In this document: in pieces, positions 27,565-36,353 of the stretch
Layout: every line of letters begins with the position of its first letter
Numbering within the stretch: position 1 is the first letter of the stretch
From: a candidate division WOR-3 bacterium
Lineage (GTDB): Bacteria; Hydrothermota; Tepidihabitantia; SM23-42; JAOAFX01
Assembly: GCA_037444665.1 (NCBI GenBank)
Contig: JBBILZ010000022.1
Location: 1 to 37,334, forward strand
Direction: 5' to 3'
Length of the DNA: 37,334 nt
Made by a program: the position numbers and the translations under genes
The notes under the pieces: generated by a model
Seen by the model: the letters and a program-made list of their open reading frames with translations, nothing else
Told to the model about the DNA's origin: nothing
The model's database searches: none

Positions 27565-29676
27565 CTATTCTATTTTTGGCGTATTTACTCCTAACTGGTG
27601 CATCATAAAAGACCAGATATCCACATCTTCTGCAATATTTTCTGAACGAGTTGTTCCACCTCCATGCCCTGCATATCTTCGGACAAGCAAAAAAATGGGA
27701 TTTTTATCTATTTGATTTTCCTGTATCCGTGCTGCCATTTTCATTGCATGCAGGGGATGGCAGCGTGGGTCATTGTCGCTCGCTTCAAAAAGCACTGCTG
27801 GATATTTACAATTTTTTCTCACATTGTGATACGGAGAATATCTAATTAGATACTTAAATTGCTCAGGGTCATCTGCATTCCCATATTCTTCTTTCCAGAT
27901 ATTTGCATAACTGAATTTATGGTATCTGAGCATATCTAATAATGGCACACCTACATATACTGCCTTGAATAGTTCTGGCGCCTGGACCAGAACTGCGCCA
28001 GTAAGCAGACCACCATTGCTCGCACCACCAATTCCCAATTTTTGTGGATTTGTATATCTATTTTTTATAAGCCATTTTGCCGCATAGATAAAATCATCAA
28101 ATACATTCTGTTTATTCTCACGCATACCAGCCCTGTGCCATTTTTCACCAAATTCACCACCGCCACGCAAATTGGGAATAGCCAGCATGCCACCACATTC
28201 AAGCCAGACCGCATAGTTTGGCGAAAAATAAGGTCCCATTGATGCTTTAAATCCACCATAACCCGTGAGGTATACAGGATTTTTGCCATCGCGCTTAATT
28301 GAACGATGGTACACAAGGAACATCGGTATTCTCGTCTTATCCTTTGAATCATACCAGGCCTGTTCAACAACAAAGTCTGATAAATCAATATCTATGGGTG
28401 GTCTATGATACAAAATAAGACTGTCTTTTTCAAAATCGTATTTATATACAGTAGGTGGATAGGTGAACGAAGTAAAATAAACCCATATATCCCTCTTTGA
28501 CCAGTAGCCCCAGACAGAGGCATTACCAATAGCAGGCAAAGGTAAGGTTCTTATATATTCACCATCAATTGAATAAATCTTTATAATCTTATATGCATTA
28601 TGTGTGTACACTGCATAAAGTTTGCCACTGATCAATGCTACATACTCAAGATTATCTTCAGTTTCAGCAATGATCTCTTTCCAGTATTTTTTATCCAGTC
28701 TATCTATGGTCGTGGTAAATACCCTGCTATTTGGTGCATTAAGGTCGGTCTTTATTACTAAACGGTCATCCACAATTGTTATATCATAATCTGCGTCAAA
28801 ACCTGTAACAATTGGTTTCACAGAATCCTGTGCACCCAAAATCTGGAGATATACTTCACTTTTGTAGAACATTGAACGATATAATAGCAGATACTTTCCA
28901 TCTTCGCTGATATTTACATAATGAAAAAGTTCTTTTATTGTCGGATGAAAGAATATTTTTTTATCTTCTGTGCAGGGTGTGCCCATTTTGTGGAAATATA
29001 CTGTATACCAGTAATTTTCTTCACCTGCAGGCACAGTTCCTTTTAAAGGATTTGCATTGTAGTAAAATCCTGAATTATCATGTAGCCAGGCAACACCTCC
29101 CTGTCGCCAGCCCTGGAGCGAATCGGAAAGAATTTTTCCTGTTTCTACTTCCATAATCTTTATCACCGGGTTTTCTTTTCCTGCCTCTTCAACGCCATAA
29201 GCAATATATTTACCATCAGGCGATGGATAAACAGCACCGAGCGTTTTCAAGCCCCATTGATTAGGGTCAAGCAGAAGCACAGGCTGGGCATTTTCGTCCT
29301 CCTTAGTGTAATAAGCCCAGCGTTCCCAGTCTTTCTTTATCGCAGAATAGAATATTCGTTCTCCCTTGGGCACCTTATGTGGTGTAGATTCATCATCATA
29401 GCGCCTGAGTTCGTCAAACCTCTTTTTTAGGTATGCACGCTGCGGAAGTTGCTCAAGAAATGACTGCGCAATTTTATTCTGTGCATCAACCCATTCCTGC
29501 ACATCTTCATCTGCAAAATTTTCTAACCAGCGATATTCATCAACAATAGTCTTTCCATAAAGTGTATCTATAACAGGAATTTTTTTGGTATCAGGATATT
29601 TAAAATCAAAATTTTTACTTCCCCCAATTAAAAAGAGTGAAACTAACAGACTTACAATAAAATTCATTTTAACCAT
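27565..29676 (-). CDS. Prolyl oligopeptidase (S9A), exported
   Basis: YRWLE, GYGGF, LRGGGEFG, GASNGG (Ser), DNDPR (Asp), AGHGGG (His); N-terminal signal. Confidence 0.93.
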   Translation of the reverse strand: MVKMNFIVSLLVSLFLIGGSKNFDFKYPDTKKIPVIDTLYGKTIVDEYRWLENFADEDVQEWVDAQNKIAQSFLEQLPQRAYLKKRFDELRRYDDESTPHKVPKGERIFYSAIKKDWERWAYYTKEDENAQPVLLLDPNQWGLKTLGAVYPSPDGKYIAYGVEEAGKENPVIKIMEVETGKILSDSLQGWRQGGVAWLHDNSGFYYNANPLKGTVPAGEENYWYTVYFHKMGTPCTEDKKIFFHPTIKELFHYVNISEDGKYLLLYRSMFYKSEVYLQILGAQDSVKPIVTGFDADYDITIVDDRLVIKTDLNAPNSRVFTTTIDRLDKKYWKEIIAETEDNLEYVALISGKLYAVYTHNAYKIIKIYSIDGEYIRTLPLPAIGNASVWGYWSKRDIWVYFTSFTYPPTVYKYDFEKDSLILYHRPPIDIDLSDFVVEQAWYDSKDKTRIPMFLVYHRSIKRDGKNPVYLTGYGGFKASMGPYFSPNYAVWLECGGMLAIPNLRGGGEFGEKWHRAGMRENKQNVFDDFIYAAKWLIKNRYTNPQKLGIGGASNGGLLTGAVLVQAPELFKAVYVGVPLLDMLRYHKFSYANIWKEEYGNADDPEQFKYLIRYSPYHNVRKNCKYPAVLFEASDNDPRCHPLHAMKMAARIQENQIDKNPIFLLVRRYAGHGGGTTRSENIAEDVDIWSFMMHQLGVNTPKIE

Positions 29677-29720
29677 ATTTTACTCCTTTTTTTTATTTTT
29701 ACAATCCTGAACTATCTGAA

Positions 29721-31019
29721 CTACTTTTTCTTTTCTAAGATGAATTCACCAACTGCGGTATATTGTTCACCACTCAAAAGGTCTGTGCTCCGTGCCACAA
29801 TTATATACTCTCCTGATGGCAGGTCCATTGGATGATATTTTGCGGCAATGTATGCAATGTCACCTTCACTGCTCTCGGTCTGAGACATAACATCAACAAT
29901 CTCCTTGCGCATCTTTACTTTGTTATAAATCTCGTAATCAACCTTCAAAAGATGTTGCCCTTCTTTGGTTTGGAGGTTATAGACCTCGTGGTAAATATAG
30001 AATGAATTTGCAACCGGCAGGTTTATATTAATAAGGGGTATAACACGGCCCACAGGTTTAAAAAATTTCTCTTCAGCCCATGCATCATCAATCAGTTTTG
30101 CAAAGACTAAATCACTGATTTTTTTTGCATCATCCTTATAATCAAGCAGGTCTACATAAAATTCATTTTTGCCCGCATCCCCGGTTTTTAAGTTGATATA
30201 TTCAATAACTACACGATATTTCTGCGGTGCAAGCCATAAATTTGTTTCATCATAAAATGTGCCCTTATCACCATCAACCGGTTTTAAATAATCATTTTTT
30301 TCAGTTACAACACTATCAAGTTGATTATATATCTGCACTCGCCGTAAAATTTTGCAATCAACTGTATCATCAAGATTCAAAATAGAATAGAGTTCAAGCC
30401 GAACAAGGTCCTTACGCTGTCTGAACCGACTGAATGTAATATTAAAATTTAACTTTCCTGATTGAATATTTAGCGGAATTTCACCACCCAATGTATCATC
30501 CTTCAATAATGGTATTTTAACACTATCGCCAAAATGACTTGTATTGATTATTTGATAAGCACGGGTCAAACGAACAAAATCAAATTCAATGCCTTTATCT
30601 TTGTATGTCCATATTTCTGCAGGCCTGACATACTCTTTACTCACAATCCCTACTTTCTTTTCAGGAGTAATTATATATCGTCTTGTTGGATTTCCATATT
30701 TTACATAAGTTGTAATCCGTTCATCAGTTAATGGCGCATATTTACCAAATTCTTTCAATGCATAATCAGCCCTTTTTTCAAATTCTTGTCTCTCTTCATC
30801 CCTTCCCTGCCAGTACTGGTCATAAAAATACTTTCGTTCAGTCGGCGATGGCAATTTTAAGTAGTTGTTTGCCGATACAGAATCAATACTCTTTAAACCG
30901 AGATATATTTTTCTTTCCTTTTCTAAAAGACGGTAGTAACCAGCAATAAAAATATTTCTGGAGCATGCAGTAAATACAATTAATATAAAAAATAAATTTT
31001 TTAATTTTTTTGTTACCAT
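29721..31019 (-). CDS. GWxTD-domain-like lipoprotein
   Basis: Lipobox VFTAC; R..YA..EF, LTDERITTYVKYGNP, EIWTY, ISDL motifs. Confidence 0.7.
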   Translation of the reverse strand: MVTKKLKNLFFILIVFTACSRNIFIAGYYRLLEKERKIYLGLKSIDSVSANNYLKLPSPTERKYFYDQYWQGRDEERQEFEKRADYALKEFGKYAPLTDERITTYVKYGNPTRRYIITPEKKVGIVSKEYVRPAEIWTYKDKGIEFDFVRLTRAYQIINTSHFGDSVKIPLLKDDTLGGEIPLNIQSGKLNFNITFSRFRQRKDLVRLELYSILNLDDTVDCKILRRVQIYNQLDSVVTEKNDYLKPVDGDKGTFYDETNLWLAPQKYRVVIEYINLKTGDAGKNEFYVDLLDYKDDAKKISDLVFAKLIDDAWAEEKFFKPVGRVIPLININLPVANSFYIYHEVYNLQTKEGQHLLKVDYEIYNKVKMRKEIVDVMSQTESSEGDIAYIAAKYHPMDLPSGEYIIVARSTDLLSGEQYTAVGEFILEKKK

Positions 31020-31045
31020 ATTCTATTCCTTAATAATTATACTAA

Positions 31046-31073
31046 ATTATAACCACAAAAAATCTGATGTCAA
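31046..31073 (-). promoter_or_regulatory. Promoter TTGACA-N16-TATAAT
   Basis: 26 nt before the ATG at 31019; SD AAGGA in between. Confidence 0.72.
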
Positions 31074-31304
31074 GAATGTGTGAAGTCCTATTCCAAAGGT
31101 TTGTATGAAGTAGCGATTTTAATCGCGTGAAAAAAAAGAAAATGAATTTTCTACTCCAGAAAATATTTCCGGTATGTATACCATAGCTTCGGTTTCGTTT
31201 AACGACATACGAAGAACGATAGACGAAACGCATTCCGCAACCGACAGCCGTCTAACGATTTACATAGGTCATTCTTAGGATTTAAAAATTCGGATCAGAA
31301 CCGC

Positions 31305-31340
31305 ATATCGATATATGCACAATTGTGCATATATCGATAT
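31305..31340. repeat. Perfect 36-bp palindrome
   Basis: ATATCGATATATGCACAA|TTGTGCATATATCGATAT with no spacer. Confidence 0.95.
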
Positions 31341-31442
31341 AACCTATTTCTAAATGCCTAAAAGATTGGTAATCAATATGACTATTTGACAATTGTAGAA
31401 TTGTGAAATGGCTGAAAATAGATTCGCTAAAATTTTTTTGTC

Positions 31443-31676
31443 TATCCAAAGAACGCCCTGAGGAAAATCAGAGATGGATCCTGCATTGGATGAAAAAGAT
31501 TTAAATAATCATAAGTGGTAACTGAATCAATTGCCCGTGGCTCTAAATAAAATATTTTTATCTTTTTCTAACAATCCATAATATCGCGCACTAAGAATAT
31601 TCATGGTGGTGCAAGATGCTACAAAGATTAGAGACAATAAATATTTTTTATAGATAAAGAGACTTTTTTCTAATAT
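31443..31676 (-). pseudogene. Decayed 5' fragment paralogous to the GWxTD-like lipoprotein
   Basis: LIFVASCTTMNILSARYYGLLEKDKNI/YLEPRAIDSVTTYDYLNL versus LIVFTACSRNIFIAGYYRLLEKERKIYLGLKSIDSVSANNYLKL; one extra T at about 31550; no ATG before the signal peptide. Confidence 0.78.
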
Positions 31677-31688
31677 GGAACCCTTTGA

Positions 31689-32951
31689 TTACACAAATGA
31701 CCCAGAATCTATTTTTCTTGATTTACTATTTCTTAAATCCAAATCTGAACTGATAATACAATTTTTACCAATTATCATTTTCTCCGGGATCACTGCATTT
31801 TTGCCAATCACAGAAATCCCGTTTGATAAATTCTTACCTAAAATCCTATTTGGTTTATTATCTCCAATACCGATTTTTACTCCAGCACCAATGCGGACAT
31901 TTTTATCAATTATAGCCTTTGCGAGAATTGAATCCTTTTTGATAATACTATTATGGAAAATTATAGAATCAGTAATACGCGCTCCTTTTTCCACAATCAC
32001 GCCAGGAGATATTATTGAATTTTCAACAGTTCCATCAATGATACAACCTGAAGAAATAAGTGAGTTTACAACACAACCATTATCACTGATATAGGCAGAT
32101 GGTCTATTCCCAACTTCCCCACGCACAAAGAGATTGGTTCTAATATTCCATTCCTCTATTTTTAGTTCTGATTTTTTTCTTAATAGGTCCATATTGCAAT
32201 GCCAGTAAGAGCCAATCGTGCCTACATCTCGCCAGTAACCACTGAACTCATAACCAAAAACCCTCTTTTTCTTTTTCAAAAGCAGAGGTATAACATCTTT
32301 TGCAAAGTCTACACCATTTTTCTGTGCAGACTCTTTCAGGGCTGTCTTGAGTATTCTGGTATTGAATATATAGATTCCCATTGACGCAAGATTAGAGCGC
32401 GGTTTTTTTGGTTTTTCAATCCAATCAATAATTCTCCCTCCTGCATCAATCTCAGCAATGCCAAAATGGTGCGCTTGTGCCATTGGCACACGAATCAATC
32501 CTATTGTTGCATCTGCTTTTTTATCTTCGTGGTATTCTTTTAATACATTGTAATTCATATAGTAGATATGGTCTCCAGAAACAATCAATACCATTTCCGG
32601 AGAAAAATCCTCAATAAAACCCATATTTTGATATACTGCATCAGAAGTGCCTTTGTACCAGTCTGATATTTCTTCTCCTGTCTTTGGTGGTAATATCTCC
32701 ACGAGCCTTGTCTTTCCAAAAAGGTCCCAGGGTCTGCCATTATCAATGTGTTCCATTAAAGAAAGGGGTTTATACTGGGTTAAAACACCGACCACATCAA
32801 TATTTGAATTGGCAATATTACTCATTGTAAAATCAATAATTCTATATATTCCAGCAAAAGGGATTGCCGGCTTGGCACGCAATTTTGCAAGAATACTCAA
32901 ACGCGAACCAACACCACCTGCAAGGAGTAAAGCAATAATCTCTTTTTTCAT
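31689..32951 (-). CDS. glgC: Glucose-1-phosphate adenylyltransferase
   Basis: LAGGVGSRL, RAKPAIPF, WYKGTSDA, SGDHIY, EKP, ASMGIY, YWRDVGT. Confidence 0.93.
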   Translation of the reverse strand: MKKEIIALLLAGGVGSRLSILAKLRAKPAIPFAGIYRIIDFTMSNIANSNIDVVGVLTQYKPLSLMEHIDNGRPWDLFGKTRLVEILPPKTGEEISDWYKGTSDAVYQNMGFIEDFSPEMVLIVSGDHIYYMNYNVLKEYHEDKKADATIGLIRVPMAQAHHFGIAEIDAGGRIIDWIEKPKKPRSNLASMGIYIFNTRILKTALKESAQKNGVDFAKDVIPLLLKKKKRVFGYEFSGYWRDVGTIGSYWHCNMDLLRKKSELKIEEWNIRTNLFVRGEVGNRPSAYISDNGCVVNSLISSGCIIDGTVENSIISPGVIVEKGARITDSIIFHNSIIKKDSILAKAIIDKNVRIGAGVKIGIGDNKPNRILGKNLSNGISVIGKNAVIPEKMIIGKNCIISSDLDLRNSKSRKIDSGSFV

Positions 32952-34186
32952 CTTATCACACTTCCTGGTGCAATCTCTTTTGTATCCACATTTTTTTTAG
33001 AATAGACAACTGTATTAGCACCAATTTTGACTCCGAAGCCAATCTCTGTTTCTTTGCCAATGATTGTAATACCGCTATTGAGAAGGTCGGGAAATTCTTT
33101 TGATGGGATCTCTGCTCCAGAAATGCCAATCTCGGTATTTTCACCAATTTCACATACTTTATCACAAATGACTTTTTTCAGATGAGCACCAGCTTTTATC
33201 ACAGTATTATGAAAAATAATAGAATCTATTACCTCAGCACCTTTTTCTACAATCACTCCGGGAGAAAGAATAGAATTTACTACATTTCCTTTTATGATAC
33301 AACCATCGCTGATGTATGAGTTTTTAACATTTCCTTCAATGCGTGCAGGCAAACGGTCTTTTCGCACACAGTCTTCAATGAGATTGGTGCATACCTGCCA
33401 GTTGTATAAATCAATTTCTCCTTTTAGCAATTCCTGATTTGTTCTGTAATACATATCCACGGTCCTTGCGTATGCCCAGTATTCATTAAATTGATAACCA
33501 TAGATTGCGCATTTGCCTGGTAGTTGTGAAATAATATCCCGTCCAAACTCATGGGAGCCAGCTTGCGCATTATCTTTTAATAAATCAAAAAGCAGTTCAG
33601 CATTGAAAATATAAATTGTCATAGAAATCCAATCTGAAATTGGTTTTTCAGGTTTTTCTTCATAAGCAACAAGTTTTCCATCTTTTTCAATAATACCATA
33701 TCCAAACCAGGGTTTTTTAATCTTTGTTTTTGTAAAACAGACCGTTACATCCGCCTGCTTCTTTTTATGGAATTTTAGAACATTTTGATAGTCCATCTGA
33801 TAAATATGGTCTGCGGCTGCAATGAGCACATATCGGGGTTTAAATTCTTCAATATAGGAGATATTTTGATATACAGCATCAGCAGTCCCGCGATACCAAT
33901 CAGATTCTTTTAAGCCTTTATATGGAGGCAAGATCCTTAATCCGCGTTTTCTACCAATAAAGTCCCAGTGCTCACCAGTTCCAATATGGCGCATCAGGCT
34001 ATAGGGTCTGAACTGGGAAAGAATACCGACATTGTCAACCCTTGAGCGCATCATATTGCTGAGGACAAAATCAATGAACCGATATATGCCAAAGATAGGG
34101 ACTGCTGCTTTTGGTCTTTTTTCGGTCAGGGTTAGTAATTCATCAACCCTTCCACCAGCAAGGATCATTCCTACAATTTCATTCAT
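32948..34186 (-). CDS. GlgC paralog, probable GlgD-like regulatory subunit
   Basis: Same fold but degenerate motifs (LAGGRVDEL, AADHIY, ISMTIY, YWAYART); ATGA overlap with glgC. Confidence 0.78.
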   Translation of the reverse strand: MNEIVGMILAGGRVDELLTLTEKRPKAAVPIFGIYRFIDFVLSNMMRSRVDNVGILSQFRPYSLMRHIGTGEHWDFIGRKRGLRILPPYKGLKESDWYRGTADAVYQNISYIEEFKPRYVLIAAADHIYQMDYQNVLKFHKKKQADVTVCFTKTKIKKPWFGYGIIEKDGKLVAYEEKPEKPISDWISMTIYIFNAELLFDLLKDNAQAGSHEFGRDIISQLPGKCAIYGYQFNEYWAYARTVDMYYRTNQELLKGEIDLYNWQVCTNLIEDCVRKDRLPARIEGNVKNSYISDGCIIKGNVVNSILSPGVIVEKGAEVIDSIIFHNTVIKAGAHLKKVICDKVCEIGENTEIGISGAEIPSKEFPDLLNSGITIIGKETEIGFGVKIGANTVVYSKKNVDTKEIAPGSVIR

Positions 34187-34232
34187 TATGATTTACAATT
34201 GATGATATTCAGAGATTATAATAATTTTAATT

Positions 34233-35156
34233 TTAATCAAAGACTACATTTTTGAAATCAATGTAGTTTATCGGATTAACTGCAATACCTGCCACATGAA
34301 CTTCATAATGAAGATGTGAACAGACAGCCCGACCTGTAGCACCAACTCTTCCAATTATCTGTCCCCGTTTCGCCATAGTTCCTTCCTGCACGAGAATCTT
34401 TGAAAGGTGGGCATAGCGTGTTAAAAAGCCATAACCATGGTCAATATCAACCACATAACCATAACCCATATTCCAGTCTGCAAAGACTACAATCCCTTCT
34501 GCGGTCGCATATACAGGTGTGCCACGGGAGGCGCTTAAATCCAATCCTTCATGCATACGAACAGTCTTGTCAAATGGGTCAATCCGATATCCAAAATTAG
34601 AGCTCACTTCTGCGCCAGGGACTGGATTGGTTGAAGGAATATGTTTCCAGAGGTCAAAATTTTGTGCAATTTTGTTCTCAAGTTCCTGAACACTCAGTGA
34701 CCGTAATTTCACCTGCCCTTTTAAAACATCAATTGATTCATATAAATCTTTGATAACCTTTGAATCATATATTGATAAATTATTGGCACGTGTAGAACCT
34801 CTGGTGCCACCAATACCCATTGACCAGATATCAGGATGGATAGAGGCAACCTGAAGGAAATTGCGTTGTTTATTATCTATCGCAATCTGGTAATTTAAAT
34901 GGGATTTTAAATCAGCAAGCCAGGATTTTAACTGGTTAATCTTTTTTAAATATTCTTTACGCTGCTCTTCAGCAATATTCTGTCGTATTTCAGTAATTGA
35001 AATGTGCGTATTATGAATAAAAAGCATCAGGGCGCTTATAGTTATTGTTGTAAAAAATATCAAAATGGATATTAAACCACGGTGAGAAATGGATATGCTC
35101 TTTAAAAAATTGTTATGCCCCAAAAAAATTATGGTATAGTCCCTTTTCATAATCAT
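34233..35156 (-). CDS. M23 family metallopeptidase with N-terminal TM and coiled coil
   Basis: HEGLD, YAHL and HLHYEV motifs. Confidence 0.9.
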   Translation of the reverse strand: MIMKRDYTIIFLGHNNFLKSISISHRGLISILIFFTTITISALMLFIHNTHISITEIRQNIAEEQRKEYLKKINQLKSWLADLKSHLNYQIAIDNKQRNFLQVASIHPDIWSMGIGGTRGSTRANNLSIYDSKVIKDLYESIDVLKGQVKLRSLSVQELENKIAQNFDLWKHIPSTNPVPGAEVSSNFGYRIDPFDKTVRMHEGLDLSASRGTPVYATAEGIVVFADWNMGYGYVVDIDHGYGFLTRYAHLSKILVQEGTMAKRGQIIGRVGATGRAVCSHLHYEVHVAGIAVNPINYIDFKNVVFD

Positions 35157-35160
35157 AAAT

Positions 35161-35238
35161 ATTATAATCGGTTTTTATTATTTGTCAAGTGAAAATGAAG
35201 AGAACACCCCTTGACTTTTTAAATGATACAATTATAAT
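35161..35238. promoter_or_regulatory. Divergent promoters
   Basis: - strand TTGACA(35188-35183)-N16-TATAAT, 4 nt before ATG 35156; + strand TTGACT(35211-35216)-N16-TATAAT. Confidence 0.72.
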
Positions 35239-35291
35239 ATTATATAAGATTGAGTATATCTTATCTTAGAAAATCTGAAGGTTATTTCTTT

Positions 35292-35538
35292 GCGGAGTTT
35301 ATAAGGTTTGTTTGAGTCTGCTCCGCCTGACATCGGATTAGAAAAATATAATGTCAGGGAGCGCCCTTTATCCGCCTCTCCCTTGAAGGGAGAGGATAGA
35401 GGTGAGGGTGAAAAATGTAGCGTCCATCTTTAGATGGACGAGAATGAATTGATAAGGGCAGGGCTCGTCCCTGTTTGGTTAGCAGTACTTGCGTGATTTA
35501 TCACGCAAAATGTCTTATCCCTGTAGCAGATACAGGGA
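35292..35538. repeat. Cluster of REP-like and other palindromes in a long putative 5' leader
   Basis: Stems at 35292-35326, 35375-35395, 35421-35440 (after TGTAG), 35459-35473, 35489-35508 and 35518-35538. Confidence 0.75.
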
Positions 35539-35555
35539 GTAAAATAGAGGAAAAA

Positions 35556-36300
35556 ATGAAAGTAAGGTCTGTACTTCAATATAAATTGTGGATGTGGCTC
35601 CTTGCTTTGGGGGCGGTTAGTTATCTGTTTGGACTAGGGGGATGCCTTTATTACTAACTGGCAGATTCCCGTTGATATTGGTTATGACAGAGTGACTTAT
35701 GAATTTCCCCTTGAACCTGATTATTTCTATATCCTTAAAACAGTCGCCTATCATCAAAACCAGGACAGATGGAAGATGAAGGTTATGATTGATGGTGAGG
35801 AGGTCGCTGAGATTGAATATGAGGCAGGCATACCTGAATCTCGGGAGTTAGTGATTTCGCCTGAATTTTATACAGATAGTATCATCAGCGTGAGTTTTGA
35901 GTGTGATGATGGTGATTTTGCTGCGGTTGGTCCAGTCTATATTTATCGTTATGAAAGTGAGACCATGGGTGGTAAAACGGGCACATCCAATGGACCAATG
36001 GCACAGAAAAGCAGTTCCTCAAATAGTGGTTCAATTGCTATCTTCCCCAATCCATTCAATTATGGTATAAACATCTCATTTCCGAATCAAACAGGAGCAA
36101 AATTCAGTATTAAGGTATACGATGTTACTGGAAGATTAATACAAAACATCTATGATGGTCCTGTTTATCGCAAGCAAGTATTGAATTGGAACGGCAAAGA
36201 TGAAAATGGCACAATGGTTTCTCAGGGAATATATTTCCTGCGCATCAGAAATTATGATTCAGGCGATACATTCTGCATGAAAGTGCTCAAGATAAAATAG
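35556..36300 (+). pseudogene. Secreted protein with T9SS/FlgD-like C-terminal domain, frameshifted at G5 (35637-35641)
   Basis: SD GAGG + MKVRSVLQYKLWMWLLALGAVSYLFGLG; removing one G joins it to DAFITNWQIPVDIGYDRVTYEF... ending FPNPF...WNGKD...QGIYF...KVLKIK. Confidence 0.7.
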
Positions 36301-36304
36301 CAGG

Positions 36305-36337
36305 AGGTGGGATGGGGTAATAAACCGCATCCCACCT
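36305..36337 (+). other. Intergenic stem-loop without a U-tract
   Basis: AGGTGGGATG...CATCCCACCT, followed by SD GGAGGT. Confidence 0.65.
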
Positions 36338-36353
36338 TATTACTGGAGGTGCG

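Noticed and set aside
31042..31233. 63-aa - strand ORF
   Set aside because: Runs through hairpins and a promoter; no SD or recognisable motif.
35292..35538. CRISPR array or known riboswitch
   Set aside because: No identical, regularly spaced direct repeats, no cas genes, and no aptamer consensus recognisable by eye.
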